Shown piece after piece: positions 1 to 7,712 of a DNA stretch of 39,490 bases. The notes beneath the pieces are model-generated. The model was not told the origin of the DNA, searched no databases, and worked only from the letters and a program-made list of their open reading frames with translations. This stretch comes from Patescibacteria group bacterium. GTDB lineage: Bacteria > Patescibacteriota > Minisyncoccia > Minisyncoccales > PWPS01. Made by a program: the position numbers and the translations under genes. Positions within the stretch are counted from its first letter, which is position 1. The number at the start of each line of letters is the position of its first letter. The DNA is taken from positions 1 through 39,490 of the forward strand of contig JBNJDU010000004.1 in assembly GCA_051745165.1 (NCBI GenBank), in the 5' to 3' direction.

Positions 1-81
1 GATGGAGAAGAAACTAAAAAAGTGTTAAATATAGAAGAGAAGAAAAAAGTTTCTGAAATAAAATTTAAAGAAGAAAATTAA
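1..81 (+). CDS. 3' end of an upstream CDS (..DGEETKKVLNIEEKKKVSEIKFKEEN*). By operon order it may be V/A-type ATPase subunit A, but 26 aa cannot confirm this.
   Basis: Frame 1 is open from the window edge to TAA at 79-81, directly upstream of the subunit B gene. Confidence 0.3.
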   Translation, partial: DGEETKKVLNIEEKKKVSEIKFKEEN

Positions 82-143
82 TAAATCGAAATTCAAAATT
101 AAAAATTCAAAATTCGTAATTAAAAATTCAAAATTAAAAACGT

Positions 144-1514
144 ATGCCTGTAAAATATAAAGGACTAAAAGAAATTGTCGGTTCTCTAGTTCTGGTTGAC
201 GGAGTCAAAAAGGTCAGCTATGAAGAACTGGTTAAAATAAAAACTGCTAATGGAGAAGAAAGAATGGGAAGAGTTCTGGAAGCGGCAGAAGGAAAGGCGT
301 TAGTACAGATGTTTGAAGAAACTAGAGGGATGGAGCTTGAAGAAGCAGAAGCTGTCTTTTTAGGAGAGACAATGAAGCTTGATGTTAGCATGGATATGAT
401 GGGAAGAGTTTTTGATGGATCGGCGAAGCCTTTGGATGGACATCCCGCACCGATTGCAGATAAGTCACTCGATATTAACGGAAGTCCAATGAATCCCTTC
501 TCAAGAGAATTTCCAGATGACTTTTTACAGACTGGAATTTCTGCAATTGATGGATTAAATACTTTAGTAAGAGGGCAGAAACTCCCAATTTTTTCTGGAG
601 CTGGATTACCGCATTCTAAAATTGCTACTCAAATTGCTAGGCAGGCAAAAATGGAGGGAGATTTCTCAGTTGTCTTCGGAGCGATGGGAATTACCTTTGA
701 AGAGTCACAATACTTTGTAAATGAACTCGAGAAGACAGGAGCGCTCGATAGATCGATTTTATTTTTAAATACGGCCGATGACCCCGTTATTGAGCGTGTA
801 ACTTTGCCGCGAATGGCACTTACAGCTGCTGAATACCTAGCTTTTGAAAAAGGAAGAGATGTTTTGGTAATTCTGACTGACATGACAAATTACTGTGAAG
901 CACTTCGTGAAATTTCTGCGGCTAGAAAAGAGGTGCCGGGGAGAAGAGGATATCCTGGATATCTTTACACTGACTTGGCAAGCATTTACGAAAGAGCAGG
1001 TATGATTAAAGGAAAGCCTGGCTCTGTTACTCAAATTCCTATTTTGACAATGCCGGAAGATGACAAGACTCATCCAATCCCAGATCTTACAGGTTATATT
1101 ACCGAAGGGCAAATTATGGTTGATCGTTCGCTGCACCAATCTGGAATTTATCCACCAATTAATGTTTTGCCTAGTCTTTCTCGACTCAAAGATGAAGGAA
1201 TCGGAGAAGAAAAAACTAGAGATGATCACGACGGACTTTCTAATCAACTTTTTGCTGCCTATGCAAAAGGACAAGAAGTTAAAGAACTTGCTACTATTTT
1301 AGGAGAATCTGCTTTGTCGGACACCGATAAGTCTTATCTTGAATTTAACGATCTTTTTGAAGAAAAGTTTTTATCTCAAGATGAAGATGAAAACAGAGAT
1401 ATTGAAGAAACCTTAGATATCGGATGGGAGGTTTTAAGTGTATTACCTAGAGAAGAACTCAAAAGAGTCAAAGATGATAAAATTGAGAAATATCTAGATG
1501 AAAAAGAAAATTAA
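144..1514 (+). CDS. atpB: V/A-type ATP synthase subunit B
   Basis: 456-aa ORF with a layout typical of V/A-type B subunits: N-terminal barrel, then a nucleotide-binding core with [24 protein letters not shown] and [14 protein letters not shown]. Confidence 0.93.
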   Translation: MPVKYKGLKEIVGSLVLVDGVKKVSYEELVKIKTANGEERMGRVLEAAEGKALVQMFEETRGMELEEAEAVFLGETMKLDVSMDMMGRVFDGSAKPLDGHPAPIADKSLDINGSPMNPFSREFPDDFLQTGISAIDGLNTLVRGQKLPIFSGAGLPHSKIATQIARQAKMEGDFSVVFGAMGITFEESQYFVNELEKTGALDRSILFLNTADDPVIERVTLPRMALTAAEYLAFEKGRDVLVILTDMTNYCEALREISAARKEVPGRRGYPGYLYTDLASIYERAGMIKGKPGSVTQIPILTMPEDDKTHPIPDLTGYITEGQIMVDRSLHQSGIYPPINVLPSLSRLKDEGIGEEKTRDDHDGLSNQLFAAYAKGQEVKELATILGESALSDTDKSYLEFNDLFEEKFLSQDEDENRDIEETLDIGWEVLSVLPREELKRVKDDKIEKYLDEKEN

Positions 1515-2115
1515 CCCAACAAGGCAAGAGTTACTTCGCTTAAAAAAGCAATTAAAAGTTGCCCAGTCCGGACACAAGCTTTTAAAGAATAAGCTTGATA
1601 GTTTGATTCAAGAATTTCTTTCTCACGTAAAAGAGTTGCAAGGATTAAGAAAAGATATTGAAGAAAAGACTCCGGAGATGCTTATGGATTACTTAAAAGC
1701 TGAAAATAATTTGGGTAAAAATGAAATTGATGCTTTAACTGCCCACATTCCTGATGCGAGAATCGACAAGGAAGAAAAGAATATAATGGGCGTTAGAGTA
1801 GAGGAGTATAAGTTTTTAAATAAAAAAGAAATTCAAGAAACGCCATTTAGTAAAAAGGCGGGTGATTATAATTTAGAAAAAGCACAAAAGAAGGCTTTTA
1901 AAGTTTTAAAGTCTATTATTGAATATGCTACACTAGAGCAAAAAATTAAGCTTTTAGCAGAAGAAATTGAAAATACTAGAAGAAGAGTTAATTCTTTGGA
2001 ACATGTCTACATTCCAGAGATTGAAGAGTCTCAAAAATATATTACTCAAAAATTAGAAGAAAAAGAACGGTTCGAGCGAACCGTTCTGATGAAGCTTAAA
2101 GATTTTTTAAATTAA
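1498..2115 (+). CDS. atpD: V/A-type ATP synthase subunit D (central stalk)
   Basis: 205-aa ORF overlapping atpB by 17 nt. The N-terminal [28 protein letters not shown] signature and the long helical C-terminus are typical of subunit D. Confidence 0.88.
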   Translation: MKKKINPTRQELLRLKKQLKVAQSGHKLLKNKLDSLIQEFLSHVKELQGLRKDIEEKTPEMLMDYLKAENNLGKNEIDALTAHIPDARIDKEEKNIMGVRVEEYKFLNKKEIQETPFSKKAGDYNLEKAQKKAFKVLKSIIEYATLEQKIKLLAEEIENTRRRVNSLEHVYIPEIEESQKYITQKLEEKERFERTVLMKLKDFLN

Positions 2116-2136
2116 GAGTTTCAAATACTTGCGCCT

Positions 2137-2162
2137 ACACCTCTGAAAAGAGGTGTTTTTTT
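2137..2162 (+). terminator. Intrinsic terminator after atpD
   Basis: Stem ACACCTCT / AGAGGTGT with a GAAA-type loop, followed by a T7 run. It abuts the stop codon of the convergent gene. Confidence 0.8.
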
Positions 2163-5100
2163 ATTTACCGTAAAGTATTAATCTGCTAATTTGCATTTTT
2201 AAAGCTCTAAGTCTTCCCATATAAACTGTTTGATCTTCAGCTTCTTTCATTCTCTCAATTGAGTTTTCCAATTGTCTAGTTAAAACGTCTTTTGGAGGAT
2301 GTTCGCCGCCAAAGTCTACCGGTTCCTCAAAAGCTCCATCTTCCACCCAGTTCATAAATTCTTCGGGAGTAATTTCTCCACTTTCTAGTAGTTCAGCAAT
2401 ATCGCTTTCAACAAAGATTTCCTCTCCAAATTCTTGTTGGAAAGCCTCAAAAAAGTCCCAGCGGTCATTACGAGTAATAGTTCCCTCTATTTCGTAGGTA
2501 GTTTCTACTGAACCTTCGTTAACTTCAGTTGTTTTTTCAGAAGTAGTTTCAGTTTCAGCAGCTTCGGTTTCTCCTGCAACTTGTTCAGCTAATTCCTCTG
2601 CTTCTTCTCTTGATTCGCCCAAAGGACTGGTTTTTACTTCTCCACTTTCTTCTTGAATTTCTTGAATTCTCTCTCTAATAAGTTCTTCGGTCTCTTCTAC
2701 CGAAGAGCCTCTTTCTTTAGCTATCTCTTCAAGCATTTCTTCGTGCTTTGAATCTAGAAGTGTTTCGTATTGCGACTCTCCAAGACTATCGTTTTCTATT
2801 TTCTCTACCCAATCAGCTACTATTTCTTTTTCTCTTTCAGTTAATCCTTCATTAGCAACTTCTGCAGCTGTTGACTCTACTGCTCCTCCTTCTATATCTG
2901 CAAAAGAATCTTCAATCATAGTTTCCATTTCTTCATAAGAAACACCTTCAACTTTTGCTAGTTGTTTTACCCAAAGCTCTCGTTGACCACCCTCGGAAGT
3001 GTCGGCCATAAAGTCAAAACTAGCTTCACTCAGCTCTCCATTATGCATATCTTCCAGCCAGCTTTCAATATTTTGCAATTGTTCAGTTGAGCTTATTGAT
3101 TCGCTTTTCAGTCCATCAAGAATTAATTCATCAGCAATTTTTTCTTCTGTAAGTTCTCCGATTTCCGCTCCTCCAGTTATTGATTCTATTGTTTCACCAG
3201 TTATTTTAACATTTTTATGTTCGCTTAAGAATTCCCTAATTGCTTCGTTATTTTCTAAGATGTTAGCTACTTCTTCAGTTGAAAGTGATTCAGCTTTTTG
3301 CAGAGCTATTTCTAACTCACCATCAAGTAGGGGGGAGAAATCAACGCTATGCTCGCTACTAGCAAATAGATGATCTATAGTTTCTCCTTCTGCAAAATCA
3401 ATTCCAAAGCTTTGAGGGTTACTCTCTATAGTAGTTGTTATATGATCAATTACGTAGGTTTGCTCTGCTTCACTAAGAGAGGCAAATTCTTCACCAAGAC
3501 TGTCGTTTAGAAACTCTTCAGTAACGGACCAAATATTATCACTTGCTTCTATAGAATAACTAACCTCCTTTTCGGCAATTTGATCAACTGTTTCCAAAGC
3601 ATTTTCTTCAGTAGTTATTTTTAACTTTTCTAGCATTCTTTCAAATTCACTAATTTCTGATGAAGATGGTTCTCCTTTAAGGCTATCAATTTTATTACTA
3701 ATCCAGTCACTTATATTTTCCATCTTTTCTTGAACTGGCTCTAGCTCCATAACGTAATCTGCTACTCCGGCAAAGGCGGCAACCAAACCGGCGGAAAATA
3801 GAATTTCCTTAGCCATACTTCTATTTTCTTGTTCTAGCTTAGCCATTAAACCGGTCTCTGCTTTTTTAACAGTCTTCATCAAGTTAGCTTTTTCTTTAGT
3901 TTCATTACCAGGGATGTTCTCTGATCCTTCCAAACTAATCAGCATAATTTTTAATAAGTTGCTGTGCGGACCTCCGGCTTCCATCTTTTCTTTAAGTTGC
4001 TCTTTTTTATCTTTAATTAATTTTTCTGCCAACTCTTCAACATTAACCCCTTCTTCTCTTTCTTTTAATTCAACTGATAAATATCTAAATTGATCTTCAG
4101 CTCTTTCAAGAGCTTTTCTGTGCTGGGTAATTTCTGCGGATATTTCTCTTCTTTCTTTTTGAAAAAACCAAACACCTTCTTCCTTCATTTCTTCTTTTTC
4201 TCTTTGTAGCTCATTTAATCTTTCTTTAACAATTCCCATATTTGTATTTAAATCAGCCATTCGATTTTCAATCACTTCTTTTGACGATCTTTCTGAAGAT
4301 TCTATCTCTTCATTAATATTTTCTTTGAAGTTTTTATGTTTTTTAGTTTCATCCCATTTTTCAAGGCCGTAAGATCCTAATTTTAACCCAACACCAGCAA
4401 TTGCTCCACCAGTCATTGCTCCGGCAGTACCGGCTGTTTTTATAAATTGCGAAACTCCCGGCACAGTAGTGGCTAGTTTTTTAAGACCTAATGCACCACC
4501 AATTGCTCCCATTAAATTACGAGACTTCTTCCATCCCTTTTGAAGTATGCTTTTATTTGTTTCTTCAAAAGTATGTTTGTTTAAGTGTTCAACCAAATCT
4601 TCTGGGAGTCCTTCTTCGTTAACTATTTTTTCTTCTTTTTCTTCGTCACTATCCTTTTCTTCTTCTTGGTCGTTAGTTTCCTTCTTTTCTGATTTTTCTT
4701 CCTTTTTACTTTCAGCCTCTTCTTTATATAGTTCACTAACTCTTTTTCTTACTTCCTCTCTGTTTTCTTGCTGAATTTTCATTTCATCATTATTCAGCAT
4801 TTCATTATCAACAATCTTCTTAGCAACTTTGTCTATTTCTTCCTCCACATTTTTATCTGTTTTTTTCTCCTCTTTTCCCCCTTCTTTCTCTTTGCCATTT
4901 TCTTCTTCCTTATTATTATCCTCTTCTTCTAATTTTTTATCAATATTTTCTAAGTCTTCTAGTGCTATTTCTCTAGCTGTTTTTAATTTACCCTTTTTAC
5001 TATTTTTACTCTTTGGTTTTTCTTCAAATTGCTCTTCTAGTTCATTAAGTAGTTTTTCCTTTTCTTTTTCCATTTCTTTAATTTCCTTTTCTTTTTCTAC

Positions 5101-5550
5101 AAACTCTTCCTCAATTTCTTCATCACTACGCGTCTTAATTCCTTTTGGATCAACCTCTTTTTCTAAGTCTTCTAAGTCACTCATTAGTTTCTTTCTTTTG
5201 TCACTTATTTCCTTCAATCTACCTCTTTTTTCTTCATCTTTGATTTTTTCTTCCAATTTCAAAATGCGCTCCTCAATTTCATCAGGATATCCTTTTTCAA
5301 TGTATTCTTTCTCCAGTTCTTCTATTTTTCTTTTATTTTCTTCCATTTTAGACTCTAAAGTTTTGAAAGACTCCTCCATCTCTTTTTTTGCCTTTTCAAT
5401 TTGCTCTGGAGTTACTTCTAATCTATAACCTTCTGCAAACCTTCCTTTTTCATCTCTATTACTAATTTGCTTAGCACCATCTTCTTTTAGTTCCTTTTCT
5501 GTTTTTTTACGCTCCTTTTCTATTTTATTTTTATTAGTTTCTTCTTCCAT
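2161..5550 (-). CDS. Hypothetical giant (1129 aa) Glu/Lys-rich coiled-coil membrane protein
   Basis: Uninterrupted 3.4-kb ORF. It has a charged N-terminal third, Gly/Ala-rich hydrophobic segments (LMGAIGGALGL..., AGTAGAMTGGAIAGVGL..., ILFSAGLVAAFAGVADYV) and a very acidic C-terminal half. I recognise no family. Confidence 0.7.
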   Translation of the reverse strand: MEEETNKNKIEKERKKTEKELKEDGAKQISNRDEKGRFAEGYRLEVTPEQIEKAKKEMEESFKTLESKMEENKRKIEELEKEYIEKGYPDEIEERILKLEEKIKDEEKRGRLKEISDKRKKLMSDLEDLEKEVDPKGIKTRSDEEIEEEFVEKEKEIKEMEKEKEKLLNELEEQFEEKPKSKNSKKGKLKTAREIALEDLENIDKKLEEEDNNKEEENGKEKEGGKEEKKTDKNVEEEIDKVAKKIVDNEMLNNDEMKIQQENREEVRKRVSELYKEEAESKKEEKSEKKETNDQEEEKDSDEEKEEKIVNEEGLPEDLVEHLNKHTFEETNKSILQKGWKKSRNLMGAIGGALGLKKLATTVPGVSQFIKTAGTAGAMTGGAIAGVGLKLGSYGLEKWDETKKHKNFKENINEEIESSERSSKEVIENRMADLNTNMGIVKERLNELQREKEEMKEEGVWFFQKERREISAEITQHRKALERAEDQFRYLSVELKEREEGVNVEELAEKLIKDKKEQLKEKMEAGGPHSNLLKIMLISLEGSENIPGNETKEKANLMKTVKKAETGLMAKLEQENRSMAKEILFSAGLVAAFAGVADYVMELEPVQEKMENISDWISNKIDSLKGEPSSSEISEFERMLEKLKITTEENALETVDQIAEKEVSYSIEASDNIWSVTEEFLNDSLGEEFASLSEAEQTYVIDHITTTIESNPQSFGIDFAEGETIDHLFASSEHSVDFSPLLDGELEIALQKAESLSTEEVANILENNEAIREFLSEHKNVKITGETIESITGGAEIGELTEEKIADELILDGLKSESISSTEQLQNIESWLEDMHNGELSEASFDFMADTSEGGQRELWVKQLAKVEGVSYEEMETMIEDSFADIEGGAVESTAAEVANEGLTEREKEIVADWVEKIENDSLGESQYETLLDSKHEEMLEEIAKERGSSVEETEELIRERIQEIQEESGEVKTSPLGESREEAEELAEQVAGETEAAETETTSEKTTEVNEGSVETTYEIEGTITRNDRWDFFEAFQQEFGEEIFVESDIAELLESGEITPEEFMNWVEDGAFEEPVDFGGEHPPKDVLTRQLENSIERMKEAEDQTVYMGRLRALKMQISRLILYGK

Positions 5551-5870
5551 TATGATTTAAGTGATTTAAACTTTTCAACTTCTCTGTTGATTCTTTGCTC
5601 TAAGTCATTAGCTAATTCAGGAGTTGAAAAGGCGAGCTCTTTTAATTTTTTGTGAGCTCGAGAACCGTCTTTTTGCATTAATTTATTTAAATCTTCCGCT
5701 TCTTCTTCTGATAGGCGATTAACAAAGGTTTCAATTACCATCCGTTCTAGATGATCTTGAATTTCTTTTTTTAAGCTCTTCCTTTTGTCTTCTTCAATAT
5801 TTTTGTAAGAAGGAGAGGCTAAAATTTCTTCTACCTTTTTATCAATGAAATTTTCTAAATTTTCTTCCAT
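5550..5870 (-). CDS. Hypothetical small helical protein (106 aa)
   Basis: The ORF's TAA stop overlaps the ATG of the giant gene (TAATG, 1-nt overlap), suggesting translational coupling. No family recognised. Confidence 0.55.
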   Translation of the reverse strand: MEENLENFIDKKVEEILASPSYKNIEEDKRKSLKKEIQDHLERMVIETFVNRLSEEEAEDLNKLMQKDGSRAHKKLKELAFSTPELANDLEQRINREVEKFKSLKS

Positions 5871-5986
5871 ATAATTATAATGGTTTATTAAATAATTATA
5901 TAGGTTTTTAAAAGATAAGCAAGAAATTAGCCACTAATGGTTTTATTTGGTATTATACAATAAGTTACAAAATAAATTTTAAGTAA

Positions 5987-6979
5987 ATGAATTTACGTCT
6001 TGTTAAAATATTTTTACCTTTAGAAGACAAAACGAGAGCAGATGAAATATTAAGAGAATCTTCAATAGATGAGTTTTGGCATGACCGTATTTCTGATAGG
6101 AAAGTGTTAATAAGAGCCCTTGTATTAGCTGAAGAAATAGAAGAATTTTTGGATAAACTAGAAGAAGAATTTTCAGAAACAGAGGGATTTAGAACAGTGA
6201 TTCTTCCTGTAGAGGCATCAATTCCAAGGTTGCAGGAAGAAAAAGAGAAGAAAGCAAAAGAAGAAGGGACTTCAAACAACCGGGAAAGAGTGAGTAGGGA
6301 AGAACTTTATTCTGATATTTCTGCAAATTCAAAATTAAACTGGACTTATGTTACACTTATTATTTTAGCTTCTATAGTAGGATCAATTGGTTTGGCTAAT
6401 GGAAATGTACCGATGGTAGTGGGAGCTATGATTATTGCCCCTCTTCTTGGTCCGGCAGTAGGGCTTTCTTTAGGAACAGTTTTGGGAGATTTTAAATTAA
6501 CTTTTGAATCAGTAAAAACTTTAGTAATTGGAATTTTAGCAAGTTTAATATTTTCTATTTTGGTCGGATTTATGTTTGACATTAGTCCCGGAGCTCCAGA
6601 AATAGCAATGAGGACTACAGCTAATTTCGGAGACGTAATAGTTTCTTTATCAGCAGGAGCGGTTGGTGCTCTTTCTTTCACTACAGGCACTTTAACCTCT
6701 TTAGCTGGAGTGATGGTAGCGGTTTCCTTATTACCTCCTTTAGTAGCTGTAGGTATGCTTTTAGGGGCTGGGTTTAAAACTCTTGCTTTTGGAGCTTTAC
6801 TTCTCTTTGTAATTAATCTTATCTCAGTAAATTTAGCGGCAGTAGTTACATTTTCAATTCAAAAAATATCTCCACGTAGCAGTTGGCAGTCGTTAAAAGC
6901 TAAGTTTTTAACCGGCTTAGCTATATTTATTTGGTTTACTTTACTCTTAATCGCTGCTGGACTAATAGTTTATATTTGA
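5987..6979 (+). CDS. DUF389/TIGR00341-like integral membrane protein
   Basis: 330 aa with a soluble N-terminal domain followed by multiple TM helices. The GAMIIAPLLGPAVGLSLG motif is, as I recall, typical of DUF389; this is from memory, not a search. Confidence 0.6.
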   Translation: MNLRLVKIFLPLEDKTRADEILRESSIDEFWHDRISDRKVLIRALVLAEEIEEFLDKLEEEFSETEGFRTVILPVEASIPRLQEEKEKKAKEEGTSNNRERVSREELYSDISANSKLNWTYVTLIILASIVGSIGLANGNVPMVVGAMIIAPLLGPAVGLSLGTVLGDFKLTFESVKTLVIGILASLIFSILVGFMFDISPGAPEIAMRTTANFGDVIVSLSAGAVGALSFTTGTLTSLAGVMVAVSLLPPLVAVGMLLGAGFKTLAFGALLLFVINLISVNLAAVVTFSIQKISPRSSWQSLKAKFLTGLAIFIWFTLLLIAAGLIVYI

Positions 6980-7004
6980 CAACTAATATATAATATTGTA
7001 TAGT
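6976..7004 (+). promoter_or_regulatory. Sigma70-like promoter (TTGACA-17-TATAGT)
   Basis: TTGACA at 6976-6981, a 17-nt spacer, and TATAGT at 6999-7004, upstream of the SD-bearing small ORF at 7030. Confidence 0.5.
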
Positions 7005-7029
7005 AATGACATATTAAGGAGGGGTATTA

Positions 7030-7233
7030 ATGAGAAAACTTATTGGTCTTTCTATTATCGTATTTTTTGCTATATTGGCTACCGTCCCTGGATGGAGTAT
7101 TATCGGCTTTAGTCAGTCATTGGCTAAAAACGAAGCAGTTGCTACGTATATTTTCTATTTTCTAGCAACTGTTGTTGTTGCTCTATTAGTAATGGTAGCT
7201 TATAAATTTTTATTAAGCGATCAGGGCGAATAA
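7030..7233 (+). CDS. Small two-TM membrane protein (67 aa)
   Basis: Strong SD (AAGGAGGGG) 7 nt upstream of the ATG, two hydrophobic helices, and its own promoter and terminator. Confidence 0.6.
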   Translation: MRKLIGLSIIVFFAILATVPGWSIIGFSQSLAKNEAVATYIFYFLATVVVALLVMVAYKFLLSDQGE

Positions 7234-7241
7234 GTGAACTT

Positions 7242-7267
7242 GAGCCGCAAAAGCGGCTCTTTTTTTT
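7242..7267 (+). terminator. Intrinsic terminator
   Basis: Stem GAGCCGC / GCGGCTC with an AAAA loop and a T8 run. Confidence 0.85.
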
Positions 7268-7294
7268 GACAAACCTAACTTTTATCTATATTGT
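7266..7294 (+). promoter_or_regulatory. Sigma70-like promoter (TTGACA-17-TATTGT)
   Basis: TTGACA at 7266-7271, a 17-nt spacer, and TATTGT at 7289-7294, upstream of the 34-codon ORF. Confidence 0.45.
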
Positions 7295-7318
7295 AAGAGC
7301 AGAAAGGAGGCAGAGTTA

Positions 7319-7423
7319 ATGAAAGAAATTATCTTTAACATATTAAATCCTCTTTTAATAGGTATTTTTCTGATGGGAGCTACTGTAGTTATTGTTGTGT
7401 TGAGTGATAAAATGACCAAATAA
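7319..7423 (+). CDS. Small single-TM peptide (34 aa, MKEIIFNILNPLLIGIFLMGATVVIVVLSDKMTK); not in the supplied ORF track
   Basis: SD AAAGGAGG lies 8 nt upstream of the ATG, the core is hydrophobic, and a strong terminator follows directly. Confidence 0.5.
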   Translation: MKEIIFNILNPLLIGIFLMGATVVIVVLSDKMTK

Positions 7424-7428
7424 AAAAA

Positions 7429-7454
7429 GAGAGCCAAAAGGCTCTCTTTTTTTT
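7429..7454 (+). terminator. Intrinsic terminator
   Basis: Stem GAGAGCC / GGCTCTC with an AAAA loop and a T8 run. Confidence 0.85.
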
Positions 7455-7575
7455 CTTTTTAAATCATAATAAAAAAATGAAAATAGGCTAAGCCTATCAA
7501 AGTCAATTGTTTACCTACAATCGAAATATACTATCTGTAAAGGATTCTCACAGATAACTACCCGCGACTAAAGGA

Positions 7576-7701
7576 TTGTTGTTTTAAGAACTCCGCGGAG
7601 CTGATTTAGCATGGTTTTTGGCTTTGCCAAAATAAATCAGCGAGCGAAGAAAACCTAAATTATCGCTGGTAATTCTTAAGGTTTGATTCTTAAAACAACA
7701 A
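7576..7701 (+). ncRNA. Candidate structured RNA element, copy A (family shared with 27175-27393 and 31660-31718)
   Basis: A 15-bp perfect closing helix (7576-7590 / 7687-7701) encloses nested helices and a TCGCTGG-loop hairpin. The architecture is conserved with copy B while the helix sequences differ. Strand is tentative. Confidence 0.4.
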
Positions 7702-7712
7702 ACCGAAGGAGA

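Noticed and set aside
629-1302. ORFs 629..883(-), 837..1274(-) and 1060..1302(+) inside atpB
   Set aside because: They are nested within a well-conserved ATPase B subunit gene and have no recognisable motifs, so they are shadow ORFs.
2999-5428. Plus-strand ORFs 2999..3373, 4547..4774 and 4829..5428 inside the giant minus-strand gene
   Set aside because: They encode Ser/Phe/Leu-rich low-complexity products that are simply the reverse complement of Glu/Lys-rich codons. They have no start context and are fully nested in a far longer ORF, so they are shadow ORFs.
5965-6690. Minus-strand ORFs 5965..6279 and 6346..6690
   Set aside because: They are antisense to the DUF389-like membrane protein gene, have low-complexity products and no start signals.
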